From contig NW_021835988.1 in assembly GCF_006345805.1 (NCBI RefSeq), positions 186,001-250,000 of the forward strand: a stretch of DNA of 64,000 bases. The letters are read 5' to 3'. This stretch comes from Octopus sinensis (Eukaryota). The stretch's first letter is position 1. Each line of letters opens with the position of its first letter. The notes beneath the pieces are model-generated. The model did no database searches. It had not been told where the DNA came from and worked only from the letters and a program-made list of their open reading frames with translations. Below, one piece after another: positions 62,664 through 64,000 of this stretch. Position numbers and translations under genes: made by a program.

Positions 62664-63882
62664 ATGTTTCCGATGCTAATTCTTTTGCTATCCTTAATTT
62701 CCCAGACTGAAAATGAGTGCCCATCTCCGTTATTTAATCCATCTCAAAAGTCTAGAAATTAATTTGAATAATAGAGTTTACAAAAATTGCCAACTTTTGA
62801 ACATACCTCTCCTTGATAATGCTCCGACAGTTCAAATTTTGTTGATACTGTTTATATTAATTGTTAGAGATGTTTCTTACAACAACATTCGTCTTCTCAA
62901 TGATAATTCTTTTACTGAAATGCCACAGCTTACTGATTTGTAGCAATTTTTTGGTAGACTCTAGAAATTTGGAACACAACTCGGTAAAATCAATCACACG
63001 TAGAACATTCGACAAAATCCAAAATTTAACATCACTGTATTCATTTTTTTCGAATCGAAGGAATTTGAATAATAATTTATTAACCAGTTTTGAAATGGGG
63101 ACATTTGACAGCCTAACAAGCCTCCAAATACTGTACAAAATTATTCATTTTAAAACTAAAAGTTCATTCAGCGCCAACCAAATCACTTCACTTGGAAAAT
63201 TGTTTGATCAAAATGACAAACTTGCTAATATGTTTGCTAAATTTGTACAATTAAGCAATTTTCTCGACAACCCTATAAAAGTGGTAGACATGAGGATCTT
63301 TACTGTTGGAAATCGAAATTTGGGGTCTTTATTTTGGGTTATAGTTTTAGATCTGTTTCATTTTCAAATCCAAACGTGACATGTGCTTTTAATCTTGCGC
63401 GATATTCTATGTACATTTCATAAATCTAATAGCAAGTTTTATAATACCTCAAGAAAACAACAACAAACCAATTATATATACATTTACAGAACAAGATGCT
63501 GCAATAAAAAAGTTATAGACATTTTGTGACAGATAGTTCACGTTATATAAATAGATTTTGTCCAATACAAAATGTTACAGAAGAATGTAGGTATGCGAGA
63601 AAGGGTATTTCTCAAATAAATTTATATTAAGAATGCCAAGGACCCGATTTAGCACCACACCAGACTTCAACAGCTTCAATAATGTCAGAAGTAACGGCAA
63701 CGACTTCAACAGTTAAACCAATCGATTTAACACCACAGAATACTTCAACAGCTTCAACAATGTCAAAAGGAACAGTAGCGACCTCACCAGTTGCAACCAA
63801 TCGTCCATTTGAAAACAAAAAAGAACAAAATTCACATATTTTGACGTATTCGCTTGGCATTTTAATACCACTTGTGATTTAA
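62664..63882 (+). CDS. Host LRR cell-surface receptor-like gene (signal peptide, ~5 LRRs, Cys-rich cap, S/T stalk, hydrophobic C-terminus) with 22-30-nt introns
   Basis: MFPMLILLLSLISQTENECPSP. Introns 62729-62750, 62841-62867, 62940-62964, 63037-63060, 63133-63162, 63232-63255, 63325-63350 and 63605-63631. Exons of 72, 72, 72, 69 and 69 nt each encode one LRR. Frame between 63411 and 63536 and the true 3' end are unresolved. Confidence 0.8.
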
Positions 63883-64000
63883 AAACTTTAAATTTAAAAA
63901 CATGCCTCTTTCCCCTACTCTTTCTCATTTGTTATCTTTGGATTTAAAACCAGTGATGTTATCTGTGTAGTATTCTTTCTGAGCTCGCAGGTTCTTGATA

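Noticed and set aside
62850-62867. 18-nt intron parse in the LRR gene
   Set aside because: The upstream donor at 62841 (27 nt) gives the canonical VQILDVSYNNI LRR spacing.
1-64000. rRNA, tRNA or prokaryotic operon features
   Set aside because: None recognised anywhere in the window.

Overview
AT-rich eukaryotic DNA, not prokaryotic. It has 20-30-nt GT-AG spliceosomal introns and TTAGGG-type repeats, and is almost entirely a nested transposon graveyard. It contains hAT (two subgroups), Mutator, Tc1/IS630, pogo/Tigger, Helitron, Ginger/KRBA2-like integrase, and APE-type and RLE-type non-LTR elements. Positions 1-14371 are tandemly duplicated at 17282-35776 (period about 17.28 kb); the second copy carries a Tc1 plus a nested intact LINE. 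Highlights: (i) an uninterrupted rhabdovirus-like L-protein endogenous viral element present in both copies, with an EVE-free paralogous site at 44.9-47.3 kb; (ii) DNA-transposon genes carrying host-style 23-27-nt introns that are absent from a paralog; (iii) a 747-bp TIR element carrying an 18-unit telomere-repeat array; (iv) an intact LINE with a 2A-like StopGo motif inserted into the first bases of a Tc1 TIR. Only two host-like genes were found: a RING-finger gene and a micro-intron-rich LRR surface receptor. All family assignments are by eye and from remembered motifs; no database search was run. The host taxon cannot be determined. Dicyemids, myxozoans, ascetosporeans or microsporidia are plausible candidates only.
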